From an uncultured Gammaproteobacteria bacterium (GTDB taxonomy: Bacteria > Actinomycetota > Acidimicrobiia > Spongiisociales > SHLN01), in assembly GCA_964195905.1 (NCBI GenBank), contig CAXMQV010000029.1:5618-69617 (forward strand): a DNA stretch of 64,000 nt, written 5' to 3'. The notes under the pieces are model-generated. The model searched no databases. It saw only the letters and a program-made list of their open reading frames with translations, and was not told the origin of the DNA. Both the position numbers and the translations under genes were made by a program. Of this stretch, positions 15,937 to 24,901 are shown piece by piece. Numbering within the stretch: the first letter of the stretch is position 1; the number at the start of each line of letters is the position of its first letter.

Positions 15937-16920
15937 ATGAAATTTGCATGGTTGTGCAGCCACGAGTCCTATCAGCCCGAGGTCCTGGTCGATCAGGCGG
16001 TTCTTGCCGAACAAGTCGGGTTCGACGTGGTACTCGGCTCGGATCACTTTCACCCGTGGGTGGATGACACATCGGCGGCCGGGTTCGTCTGGTCCTGGTT
16101 TGGGGCGGTGGCGGCCCGAACCGACCACGTCGAGTTGGCCACGTCGGTTACCTGTCCGCTGTTTCACTATCACCCGGCCCTCATCGCCCAGGCGGCTGCC
16201 ACCGTCGACCGCCTCTCAGGCGGCCGGTTCATCCTCGGCGTTGGAACCGGTGAGAACATCAACGAGGGCCCGATGGGCTTCGAATTCCCCGGCTACAAGG
16301 AGCGCATCGGCCGCATGCAGGAGGCGCTGGAGATCATGCACCGGCTTTTCGATGGCGAGAAGCTTGATTTCGCCGGTGAGTACTACGTCGCCGATAAGGC
16401 GAAGCTGTACAGCCCGCCGATCAGCCGGATTCCGATTTGGATGGCGGCCGGAGGGCCGAAGTCGGCAACATTTGCCGGCGGGCATGCTGATGGCTTGATT
16501 ACGAGCGTCAAGGTCCCTGCCGAGACTCAGGAGAAGGTCATAGACCCGTTCCATGCCGGAACGAAGGAGGCTGGCAAGGAAGAAGGGCACATCATGGCCA
16601 CCCGCTGGTGTGTGCTGGCCGAGCACGATGACGAAGCGTGGGAAGCGCTCGGGAGCATGCGCGGCTTGCGCGCTCCGGGTCGACTGGAAGTGGTCGATCC
16701 GATGGTGCTGCGGGAGCGAGCCGACGAGATGGACCGCGATGAGATCCTCAGTAAGTACACGATCGTTTCGTCCATCGATGAGCTGTACGAGATGTACAAG
16801 CCGCTCGTCGAGATGGGCGCCGACTACGTAGCCATCCAGATCGCCAGCACCGACCCCGATCGGACGCTTGCGATGGTCGGATCCGAGCTGTTGCCGGAGT
16901 TACGCAAGCTCGCGGGATGA
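15937..16920 (+). CDS. LLM class F420-dependent oxidoreductase, FGD/G6PDH-like (LLM2)
   Basis: SDHFHPW, TSVTCP..YHPALIAQAAAT, LGVGTGENINE; these match the F420-dependent glucose-6-phosphate dehydrogenase-like subfamily. Confidence 0.88.
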   Translation: MKFAWLCSHESYQPEVLVDQAVLAEQVGFDVVLGSDHFHPWVDDTSAAGFVWSWFGAVAARTDHVELATSVTCPLFHYHPALIAQAAATVDRLSGGRFILGVGTGENINEGPMGFEFPGYKERIGRMQEALEIMHRLFDGEKLDFAGEYYVADKAKLYSPPISRIPIWMAAGGPKSATFAGGHADGLITSVKVPAETQEKVIDPFHAGTKEAGKEEGHIMATRWCVLAEHDDEAWEALGSMRGLRAPGRLEVVDPMVLRERADEMDRDEILSKYTIVSSIDELYEMYKPLVEMGADYVAIQIASTDPDRTLAMVGSELLPELRKLAG

Positions 16921-16946
16921 GGCTCGATCCGGGCCGGTGGGGATGA

Positions 16947-17642
16947 CTACGCGCTCGCTCCGCCGAGATAGACGGCAGCTGTGTCCGCCCCGATGACCGT
17001 GGCGTACTTCTGGTTGAGCTCGAACAGGTTGACCCGGTGTGAGGTTTCGCTCCGGTCGAACGTCGCCTCAGCGACGACGAACGGGTTGAGGTTGTAGGAA
17101 AAGGCATCAACCGAGCTCGCCCGAACGCATCCACTGGTGGATCCGCCTGCTAGCAGAACGGTGTCGACTCCCAACTGGATGAGCCACGTCACAAGCGGCG
17201 TCGCGAAGAAGACGCTCGGTTTCGATTTGGTGACTACGAGGTCGCCAGGCTGGGGAGCGATCTCGTCAACGATGTCGTGTGCGCGCGGGGACTCATCGAC
17301 GGTGCCCAGTTTGGAGGCCCATCCCCCGGCCTCTGCCCTGGTCGGCCTCGGCGCGTTGCGCGAGTAGACGACCGGCACTCCGGCTTGCCGGGCTTCGCTC
17401 GCCAGCCGGGCGATGTGATCGATCGCCTGCCAGGCCGGCTCACCACAGGCAAGCGGGTAGTGACCACCGCCCGACCGCTCCCCGGTGAATGCGTAGGTCA
17501 CATCCACGATGAGGAGGGCTGGGTGGGTGCCTGCCGAGGCAGTGCGGCCGTATCCGGCGGCCGCATAGGTCGCCAACTCTTCAGAGCTGAAGAGGCCGGC
17601 CGCCAGGCTTCCGACGTCGAAACCGGTGAGTGCTTCACTCAC
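16947..17642 (-). CDS. Isochorismatase-family cysteine amidohydrolase (NicF/N-carbamoylsarcosine amidase-like)
   Basis: D-K-C triad: LLIVDVTYAF, VTKSKPSVFFAT, GGSTSGCVRASSVDAFS. Confidence 0.9.
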   Translation of the reverse strand: MSEALTGFDVGSLAAGLFSSEELATYAAAGYGRTASAGTHPALLIVDVTYAFTGERSGGGHYPLACGEPAWQAIDHIARLASEARQAGVPVVYSRNAPRPTRAEAGGWASKLGTVDESPRAHDIVDEIAPQPGDLVVTKSKPSVFFATPLVTWLIQLGVDTVLLAGGSTSGCVRASSVDAFSYNLNPFVVAEATFDRSETSHRVNLFELNQKYATVIGADTAAVYLGGASA

Positions 17643-18607
17643 TGCTTGAGCTCGTCAAGGCCGGCTTCGGCGAGTAGCTCGAGCTGCTCGAGGTAGCGGG
17701 CGAAGTCGAGGCGAAGATCGAGCACGACATAGTCGAGTCCCCGTTCGGCGAACTTGGCGAGCTCGCGCTTGGCATCCTCGGGAGTGCCGGCAATGACCAG
17801 CCCCTCCAAGTCCTCGATCGTGCTGAAGGAACCGGAGGCCGGAGGCTTCCAGAACTTCGCCCCCGCCGAGCTTTGCGCCAGGGCCGCAACGTCGATGTTT
17901 TCGCGTGCCTTGCTCCGATCCCGATTCACGTTCACAATTGGCACCACTCCGACGGTGAGCTGCTTGCCGCTCTCGGCACTCTGCTCGTCGAGGTACTTGA
18001 GGCGGGCATCGAGGGTGGCGAGAGGGATGCGCCCCGGGAGCCAGCCGTCCATGTACTCCAGGCTGCGGCGGATCGATGCCTGGGTGGTGCCTCCGTATAC
18101 GAGCGGGATCGGGGCGACCGGTTTGGGTTCGAGGGTGATGTCCTCGAACTGGAATACTTCCCCCTGGTACGAGACGTTGTCCGACGACCACACCGCCCGC
18201 AGGATCTCCATGGTTTCAGCAAAGATCTGCTCCCGTTGCTCGCCATCGAGTCCGGCGGCGGCGAATTCGCGGGAATTGTTGCCGAGCCCGTACCCGGCAA
18301 TGACACGGCCGCCCGACAGTACGCTGAGGGCGGCCAGGTTCTGGGCCACCTTGAGAGGCCAGCGAATGGGTATGAGCACCGCGCTCCCCAGCTTCACCCG
18401 GGTCGTGACGGAACTGATCGCCGCCAGGGTCATGAGTGGTTCGATGAAGGTGATGTCGGTTCCCTCCATCCCATGCGGTGTCCAGAGGATGTGATCGCGC
18501 ACCCACAGCGAGTCGTAGCCCAATTCCTCGATTCGGCGGCTGCCATCGATGAGAGTCTCGATCGTGGCATGTTCGCCGAAGTGGGGGAGCAGCACTCCAA
18601 TTTCCAT
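17639..18607 (-). CDS. LLM class flavin/F420-dependent oxidoreductase (LLM3)
   Basis: MEIGVLLPHF, GYDSLWVRDH, VKLGSAVLIP, LSGGRVIAGYGLG; 4-nt overlap with the isochorismatase start. Confidence 0.9.
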   Translation of the reverse strand: MEIGVLLPHFGEHATIETLIDGSRRIEELGYDSLWVRDHILWTPHGMEGTDITFIEPLMTLAAISSVTTRVKLGSAVLIPIRWPLKVAQNLAALSVLSGGRVIAGYGLGNNSREFAAAGLDGEQREQIFAETMEILRAVWSSDNVSYQGEVFQFEDITLEPKPVAPIPLVYGGTTQASIRRSLEYMDGWLPGRIPLATLDARLKYLDEQSAESGKQLTVGVVPIVNVNRDRSKARENIDVAALAQSSAGAKFWKPPASGSFSTIEDLEGLVIAGTPEDAKRELAKFAERGLDYVVLDLRLDFARYLEQLELLAEAGLDELKQ

Positions 18608-18999
18608 CAGTTCTCCTCGGGTTCGTCGACGATGTGAAAGTCGTGACCGGCCGGTGCGTAGATCTCGATGAAGGCGGCGGTATCCGGTCCGGGATTGCTC
18701 GTGCCGTGCACCACCCCCGGCGGGATGAAAAGCACATCATTGGCCTCCAGCGTGGCGACAGCGCCTTCGACGTCAACCTCGATCACGCCGCTCAGGACGA
18801 TGTAGACGTTTTCGGCCTCCCGGTGGTAGTGGCGCGGCCCTGGCCCCGACCCCGGGGCCAGGTGGTTCACATGGACGTCGACGTTGCGGGCCCCTCCTTG
18901 CCCCTCATCGACGAGGCGGAAGCTCTCACCCCGATCGCCGCGCAGCGCTCGGCGCGGGGCACTCTCGAAAGACGTCAAGAATGGTGGCATGGTCCCCAT
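18607..18999 (-). CDS. Cupin domain protein
   Basis: PRHYHREAENVYIVLSG, GVVHGTSN (cupin His/Glu motifs). Confidence 0.88.
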   Translation of the reverse strand: MGTMPPFLTSFESAPRRALRGDRGESFRLVDEGQGGARNVDVHVNHLAPGSGPGPRHYHREAENVYIVLSGVIEVDVEGAVATLEANDVLFIPPGVVHGTSNPGPDTAAFIEIYAPAGHDFHIVDEPEEN

Positions 19000-19115
19000 C
19001 GTGCTCCAGTGATCATCGATAACAACCAGATTAGGCGCCGACCGCTGGCCGGCCGTTGCCGAGACGGGTCGACGCCCTGGCGGGTACAGTCAGTTCGTTC
19101 GCCAGGAGGTACACG

Positions 19116-20012
19116 TTGGAAACCGTCAGCTTCTTCTCGTCGCCCGGCGTCCCGCTGGTCGCCGATCTCTACCTTCCCGACTCCGAGCCTCCCGTATCCG
19201 GCCATCCGACGATCGTTGCCTGCCTGGGATGGGGGAGCGTCAAGGAGCTAATGGAGCCGTGGGGACAGGCACTGGCGGGAGCCGGCTATGCCGTCCTCAT
19301 TCCCGACTACCGGGGCTTCGGCGCCAGCGGGGGAACCCGCGGCCAGTGCTTCCCATCTGAACATATCGATGACATCCGGGCGGCTATCACCTTCGCCGGT
19401 GAGCGCGGTGGACTGGATGCCGGACGGCTTGCCCTGCTCGGCGTGAGTTATGGAGGAGCGATCGCCGTTGCCGCCGGGGGCGTGGACGAACGTCCGGCCG
19501 CCATCATTTCGATCGTGGGGTACGGCAGCGGCGAGCGTCACCTGCGGGCGGTGCGATCGCCGGAGCAGTGGACGGAGTTCCGGGCACGGCTGGCGGCCGA
19601 TAGAGACCACCGAGTACTCACGGGCCGGAGCGAGGACATCGATCCGGACGAGATCTTGCTGCGAGATGCAGAGGCTCGCGCCTGGCGCACCCGGGTCGAG
19701 GAGCAATACCCGCATATGGCGTTTCGCACCACGCTGGAATCGGCGGAGCGGATCATCGAGTTCCGACCGGAGCGCTCCCTGCCCTACGACCCTCCCAAAC
19801 CGATCTTGCTCATTCACGCCGGGGACGACACGATGGTTCCCGTCGAGGAGTCCCGGACAATGTGGGAGAGGGCCGTCGAACCCAAGCGTCTCGTCGTCAT
19901 TCCCGGAATCGGCCACCACGAGGTCCACGCCGGTGATGCCTTTCGCCAGGTGATCGGCTATGCCGACGAGTGGCTGCAAACTCATGTCGTTCGAGATCCC
20001 GGTCATGGGTGA
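19116..20012 (+). CDS. Alpha/beta fold hydrolase
   Basis: PDYRGFGASGG, nucleophile elbow GVSYGG, LIHAGDD, GHHE. TTG start 6 nt after AGGAGG. Confidence 0.88.
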   Translation: METVSFFSSPGVPLVADLYLPDSEPPVSGHPTIVACLGWGSVKELMEPWGQALAGAGYAVLIPDYRGFGASGGTRGQCFPSEHIDDIRAAITFAGERGGLDAGRLALLGVSYGGAIAVAAGGVDERPAAIISIVGYGSGERHLRAVRSPEQWTEFRARLAADRDHRVLTGRSEDIDPDEILLRDAEARAWRTRVEEQYPHMAFRTTLESAERIIEFRPERSLPYDPPKPILLIHAGDDTMVPVEESRTMWERAVEPKRLVVIPGIGHHEVHAGDAFRQVIGYADEWLQTHVVRDPGHG

Positions 20013-21006
20013 GTTCCCGGCCCGGTTCGGGCTCGTGTTGCCGCATTTCGGCTCCGGGCCTGACGCGGCCCATCTCCTCGATATTGCCCGGCAGGCAGAA
20101 ACTGCCGGGTTTGATTCGCTGTGGGTGCGTGATCGGTTGGTGGCTGGTGCACCCCACGGGCTACTGCTCGAAGCCGGCGGGACCACCTTCCTCGAGCCGC
20201 TGCTCACCTTGGCGGCCGTCGCCGCCGTCACCAATCGGATACATCTCGGCACCGCCGTGCTGTTGCCCAATCGGCATCCTTTGCGTCTGGCACAAGAGGT
20301 GGGAACGCTGTGGCGCCTCGCCCCCGAAAGGCTTCTCCTCGGGCTCGGGCTCGGGGTGGGACCCGGCAACTTTGAGCCGCTCGGATTCGACTACGACACC
20401 CGTCTCGAGCTCTTCGAGGAGATCGCCGAAGTCCTGCGAGGGCTGCCGGCGGCAGGTCCGCTCCACCATCAGGGAACCCACTTCTCATTCGAGGATCTCG
20501 AGATCAACCCGCAACCGGGCGCCCGGGTCCCGCTCTACTACGGCGGCGTAAGCCGAGCGGCGGTCCGCCGTGCCTTCGAGTGGGCCGACGGCTGGATCGC
20601 CGGCCGGCTACCGCACGACACGTTCCTATCCCGCATGCAACTGGTGAAGAGATATGAGGCCGATACCGGACGGAATCTCGACATTGCCACGATGCCTATC
20701 ACCCTGGTTGATGACGGTGACGGCCGCCACCTGGCAACTGCGCGCGAGGCGGTGGCGACGCTCGCCCGCAGCGCCGAGGGCGCTCGCGATTGGATCAAGC
20801 CGCCATCAGGCCGTTTCGAGACGGTCGATGATCTTTCGGGCCTGCTCATTTCGGGACCGCCGGATCGATGCGCCGGGCAGGTGGGAGCCATGCTCGAGGC
20901 GGGTGTGACCCACATCGTCTTCGATTTACGTCTCGTGTTCGACGATTTCGAACGCCAGATCGAACTGCTGGCCGGGCAGGTCATTCCGGCGTTCAGTGGA
21001 AGCTGA
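19984..21006 (+). CDS. LLM class flavin/F420-dependent oxidoreductase (LLM4; paralog of LLM3)
   Basis: FGLVLPHF, GFDSLWVRDR, IHLGTAVLLP, PLYYGG. The start may instead be ATG 20005. Confidence 0.88.
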   Translation: MSFEIPVMGEFPARFGLVLPHFGSGPDAAHLLDIARQAETAGFDSLWVRDRLVAGAPHGLLLEAGGTTFLEPLLTLAAVAAVTNRIHLGTAVLLPNRHPLRLAQEVGTLWRLAPERLLLGLGLGVGPGNFEPLGFDYDTRLELFEEIAEVLRGLPAAGPLHHQGTHFSFEDLEINPQPGARVPLYYGGVSRAAVRRAFEWADGWIAGRLPHDTFLSRMQLVKRYEADTGRNLDIATMPITLVDDGDGRHLATAREAVATLARSAEGARDWIKPPSGRFETVDDLSGLLISGPPDRCAGQVGAMLEAGVTHIVFDLRLVFDDFERQIELLAGQVIPAFSGS

Positions 21007-21039
21007 CCATGGGTTTTCGCCGATGAACCGAGAAGTCAG

Positions 21040-21068
21040 TTGCAGGATCGGGCAAGAGTTCATAATGT
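21040..21068 (+). promoter_or_regulatory. Putative housekeeping-sigma promoter of the ABC importer operon
   Basis: TTGCAG(21040-45)-17 nt-TAATGT(21063-68) in a relatively AT-rich gap. Confidence 0.45.
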
Positions 21069-21158
21069 GCCTCGAAGTCATGGGACCTTGGGAGGGGGTT
21101 TGACTTCCCCCCGGCAACTTGAAATAGCGGTCGCGTGATCGCCGAGAAAGGATTGTTC

Positions 21159-22298
21159 ATGAGGCGGATATCGAAACTGCTGGGCGTTTTTCTCGCCTTA
21201 GCCCTCATTGCTGCGGCTTGCGGCAGCGATGACAGCTCTTCCGACACCACGACCGCAGCCGGAGGGGGCGACGTCGAGCAAGTCTTCTTCATCCTCGACT
21301 GGGTGCCGAAAGGCCAGACATCGCCCTTCTACCTTGCCCTCGACAAAGGGTTCTGGGCCGATCGCGGCCTGGCGGTTCAGATCACTCGCGGGTTCGGATC
21401 CGGCGACACCTCCGCCCGCATCGGATTGGGTGAAGGCGACTTCGGGTTTGCCGGTGTGGGCGCGGTGATGCGCACGATCGCCGAGGGCCTGCCGCTCGTC
21501 GAGATCGCGGCCATTGCCTCGACTGCCCCGACCGCGGTGTTCGCCGACCCGGCGGCCGGAGTCTCGGGCGATAATCCGTCGAGCCTCGTTGGTCTTCGTG
21601 GTGCGGTCGACGCCGGTGACGAGAACGACCAGCTCTTCAAGGCATTCGCCGGTTCGGCCGGCATCGATTACGAGGGGGTCGACTGGCAGTACGTGGACGG
21701 TGCCGGCATCGGCTCCATCGCCTCGGGCCAGGCCGACTTTGTCATGGACTGGATCACGAATCTGCCCGAGTGGTGGCTGGCCGATCCTCCGATCGAGCCT
21801 GACACCTACTGGGTCGGTCGCGCCGTCGACATCTACGGCAATGGCCTCATCACCCGACCTGAGTTGCTCGAATCGAATCCCGACCTGGTCCGGCGCTTCG
21901 TTGAGGGCGCCCTGGCCGGCTACGAGTACGTGATCGAGGGTGGGGTGGCTGCCCACAACGAGTCGATCGATGCCCTCCTCAAGTACAACCCTGAGTTGAA
22001 GGAACAACCAAACGCCCGTGAATTCCATCTCGGGAACTTGCAGCTGTTCTTGACGCTCATGTTGACCGAGGACGTCAGAGACGACGGCATCGGTTACTTC
22101 GATCCGGATAAGAAGCAGCGGAGCCTCGACTTCATCAACGACTACCTGCTCGATTCGCCCTTGACGCTCGACCAGGCCTTCATTACGGACCTGATCATCG
22201 AGAAGGGCGATGTGAAGATCGATGACTTCGACGGAGCCAGGGCGCAACTGGCGACAGTGTTGGGGAGGGAGAACCCCCTCTCCGCGTTCCTGGAATAG
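21159..22298 (+). CDS. ABC transporter substrate-binding lipoprotein, NMT1/THI5/SsuA-like
   Basis: Lipobox LIAAAC; FILDWVPKGQTSPFYLALDKGFWADRGL; IYGNGLIT. ATG after RBS GAAAGGA. Confidence 0.9.
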   Translation: MRRISKLLGVFLALALIAAACGSDDSSSDTTTAAGGGDVEQVFFILDWVPKGQTSPFYLALDKGFWADRGLAVQITRGFGSGDTSARIGLGEGDFGFAGVGAVMRTIAEGLPLVEIAAIASTAPTAVFADPAAGVSGDNPSSLVGLRGAVDAGDENDQLFKAFAGSAGIDYEGVDWQYVDGAGIGSIASGQADFVMDWITNLPEWWLADPPIEPDTYWVGRAVDIYGNGLITRPELLESNPDLVRRFVEGALAGYEYVIEGGVAAHNESIDALLKYNPELKEQPNAREFHLGNLQLFLTLMLTEDVRDDGIGYFDPDKKQRSLDFINDYLLDSPLTLDQAFITDLIIEKGDVKIDDFDGARAQLATVLGRENPLSAFLE

Positions 22299-22313
22299 CT
22301 TGACGCACGTCGT

Positions 22314-22347
22314 GGGACCCCGCGCCGCTCTGCGGCGCGGGGTCTCC
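22314..22347 (+). other. GC-rich stem-loop between the SBP and ATPase genes (mRNA-stabilising or attenuating hairpin)
   Basis: gggaccccgcgccgc-tct-gcggcgcggggtctc. Confidence 0.65.
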
Positions 22348-22379
22348 GAGCCCCGAGGAATATCTGGAGGCATGCGCTA

Positions 22380-23207
22380 ATGGGCATCAAACTCGATCGC
22401 CTGGACAAGGTCTTCCAGACGGACGACCTGACCGTGCAGGCACTCCGTGACGTTTCTGCGGAGATCGGCGACAGCGAGTTCGTCTCCATCATCGGGCCGA
22501 GTGGATGTGGAAAGAGCACTCTGCTCCGGCTGGTTTCCGGCCTCCTTCCTCCAACTCAGGGAACCGTGTACCTTGACGGGACTCCGGTGGAGGGTCCGGC
22601 CGGAAACATCGGCTTCGTGTTCCAGGCTCCGACGCTCCTGAAGTGGCGGACGGTTTTCAGGAATGTCATGTTCCCGTACGAGGTGCTGGCTTCACAGCGC
22701 AAGGCGACCGGATCAAAGGAGGACTACGAGGACAGGGCGCGCATGCTGCTGAAGATGGCGGGTCTCGAGGACTTCCCCGACGCCTATCCCAAGCAACTGT
22801 CGGGCGGCATGCAGCAGCGGGTTTCGATTTGCCGGGCACTCATCCACGACCCCGAACTGCTGCTGATGGATGAGCCGTTCGGGGCCCTTGACGAGTTCAC
22901 TCGCGAAAGGATGAACGAAGAGCTGCTGAGAATCTGGCGCGAGACCCGCAAGACGGTGATCTTCGTGACCCACCACATCCCCGAAGCGGTCTTCCTGTCG
23001 GATCGGATTCTCGTGATGTCCCCCCGACCAGGCACCATTCTCGGCGAGGTGGTGGTCGACCTTCCCAGGCCCAGGATCGCCGAGATGCGCGAGAGCGTTG
23101 AATTTCTAGAACAGGTCGTAGCCACTCGCCATCTCATCGGTATCAGGCCGGGTGATGATTCGCTCAGCCCCGATTTCTCGTCGCCACTCAAGGACGGGAG
23201 CGGGTGA
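22380..23207 (+). CDS. ABC transporter ATP-binding protein (TauB/SsuB/NrtD family)
   Basis: GPSGCGKST, YPKQLSGGMQQR, LLLMDEPFGALD. Confidence 0.95.
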   Translation: MGIKLDRLDKVFQTDDLTVQALRDVSAEIGDSEFVSIIGPSGCGKSTLLRLVSGLLPPTQGTVYLDGTPVEGPAGNIGFVFQAPTLLKWRTVFRNVMFPYEVLASQRKATGSKEDYEDRARMLLKMAGLEDFPDAYPKQLSGGMQQRVSICRALIHDPELLLMDEPFGALDEFTRERMNEELLRIWRETRKTVIFVTHHIPEAVFLSDRILVMSPRPGTILGEVVVDLPRPRIAEMRESVEFLEQVVATRHLIGIRPGDDSLSPDFSSPLKDGSG

Positions 23208-23208
23208 G

Positions 23209-24015
23209 GTGAGCACGACGCTGAGCGATCCGGCCCGGGCGGAGGCCGGCGCTCCGATGCCGAGCAGGCGTACCGAGCAGATCCGCCGGTTCTCCGATCC
23301 GATCCTGTTCGCCGCGCTGTTCGTCTTCGGTTGGCAGGCCTTTGTGTGGATCTCCGGCTTCCATCCGGTTGTTCTTCCCCCTCCGGCACGCGTCTTCCGG
23401 ATCCTTGCTAACCAGGGCGATTTCCTGGTGGAAAACATGCTCGTGACGATGCGAACCATCGTCTGGGGCTTCGTCATCGGAGGCCTTCTCGGCTTCGTGG
23501 CCGGGGTCCTCATCAACTATTTCGAGCGCTTCCGCCGGGCCGTTTACCCGATCCTGGTGGCGCTGTATGTGATCCCCAAAGCCGTATTCATTCCGCTGTT
23601 CATTCTCTGGTGGGGAGTCGGACCGCTCTACAAGATCCTCGTGACGGTTCTGTTGGCATTCTTCCCCGTGACGGAGAACACCATCACCGGACTGCAGGGA
23701 GTGGATCGTGAGATGATGGAACTCACCCAGTCGCTCGGTGGCAGAAGGTGGTTCGCCTTCCGGAAGGTTGCCCTGCCTTTCTCGCTGCCCTTCATTCTGG
23801 CGGGTCTGCGAATCGGGCTCACCGAGGCGTTCATCGGGGGAGTCCTCAGCGAGATCCTGGTTCCCAGCACCGGGATCGGTTCCCGAATCGTCGAAGCCGC
23901 AGCCTTCTCCAATACCGAGTTCATCATCGCTTCGATCATGGTGGTGGCTTCGTTCGGCATAGCGGCGTACTTCCTGTTCCTGTGGATCGAGAAGAGGCTG
24001 ACATTTTGGCAGTGA
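23209..24015 (+). CDS. ABC transporter permease (SsuC/TauC family)
   Basis: VLPPP..V, IPKAVFIPLFILWWG, EAA-like loop, LPFILAGLRIG. Confidence 0.92.
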   Translation: MSTTLSDPARAEAGAPMPSRRTEQIRRFSDPILFAALFVFGWQAFVWISGFHPVVLPPPARVFRILANQGDFLVENMLVTMRTIVWGFVIGGLLGFVAGVLINYFERFRRAVYPILVALYVIPKAVFIPLFILWWGVGPLYKILVTVLLAFFPVTENTITGLQGVDREMMELTQSLGGRRWFAFRKVALPFSLPFILAGLRIGLTEAFIGGVLSEILVPSTGIGSRIVEAAAFSNTEFIIASIMVVASFGIAAYFLFLWIEKRLTFWQ

Positions 24016-24815
24016 TTCACGATTCCGTTGCGCCGCCCGGCCGGGCCCGGAAGATCGCCCGCCGCCTGTGGAACACGAGAGAGCTGCTGTTGACGCTGCT
24101 CGGGATTCTCGTGTTCTGGATCGTCATCATCGAGGTGCGAGATTTCCATCGCATCGTGCTCCCGTCTCCGGGCGCTGTTGTCGATGCGTTTACCGGCAAC
24201 CTCAGCGAGTATGCCAGCGCCGGCTTCATCACCTTCTACGAAATGATCCTCGGCTTCATCGCCGGCGGGGCGCTCGGCTTCTTCTCTGCGATCGGCATTT
24301 TCTATTCGCCGTTCCTGCGGAGATCCCTCTACCCGTTGCTGCTTGGCTTTCGAATCGTTCCCAAAGTGGCGTTCGTCCCGCTCTTTCTCGTGTGGTTCGG
24401 GATCGGGGTTGGAGTGAAGGTGGCGTTGGCATCCTTCGCGATCTTCTTCCTCATCCTCGTGCAAACGCTGCTCGGTCTCACCAGCGTCGAACCGGAGCTC
24501 GTCGAGCTCGGGCGCTCTCTGAAAATGAGCGAGCTTTCGCTACTCCGGCGTATCCGCCTCCCGGCGGCCCTCCCGGCGATCATGGTCGGGGTGAAGTTGG
24601 GAATCACCTACGCCCTTACCAACGTCGTGGTGGCTGAGATGGTGGTCGCAACCAACGGGCTCGGGTTTCTGGTAGTGGAAGCACGCTCGAAAATCAAGAC
24701 CGACGAGATGATCGCGGCCATCTTCGTCGTGGCGTTCATCGGGCTGATCGTGTACGCAGTCGGGTTGTGGGTAGAGCGAAAGGTCGTGTTCTGGTACGTG
24801 GAGGAGAACCGGTGA
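24012..24815 (+). CDS. ABC transporter permease (SsuC/TauC family), second subunit
   Basis: GTGA overlap with the previous stop; VLPSPGAV, VPKVAFVPLFLVWFG, RLPAALPAIMVGVK. Confidence 0.92.
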   Translation: MIHDSVAPPGRARKIARRLWNTRELLLTLLGILVFWIVIIEVRDFHRIVLPSPGAVVDAFTGNLSEYASAGFITFYEMILGFIAGGALGFFSAIGIFYSPFLRRSLYPLLLGFRIVPKVAFVPLFLVWFGIGVGVKVALASFAIFFLILVQTLLGLTSVEPELVELGRSLKMSELSLLRRIRLPAALPAIMVGVKLGITYALTNVVVAEMVVATNGLGFLVVEARSKIKTDEMIAAIFVVAFIGLIVYAVGLWVERKVVFWYVEENR

Positions 24816-24901
24816 CTTCTCATGCCTTAGGCTCCCATCTCTTACTGGACGTGTCGGGGCAGCCCTGAGCGGCCGCAGGCGGGATCGATGAAAGGAATCG
24901 C

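Noticed and set aside
15937-16920. Gene symbol fgd
   Set aside because: Subfamily motifs are present, but I could not confirm the phosphate-binding residues or the substrate by eye.
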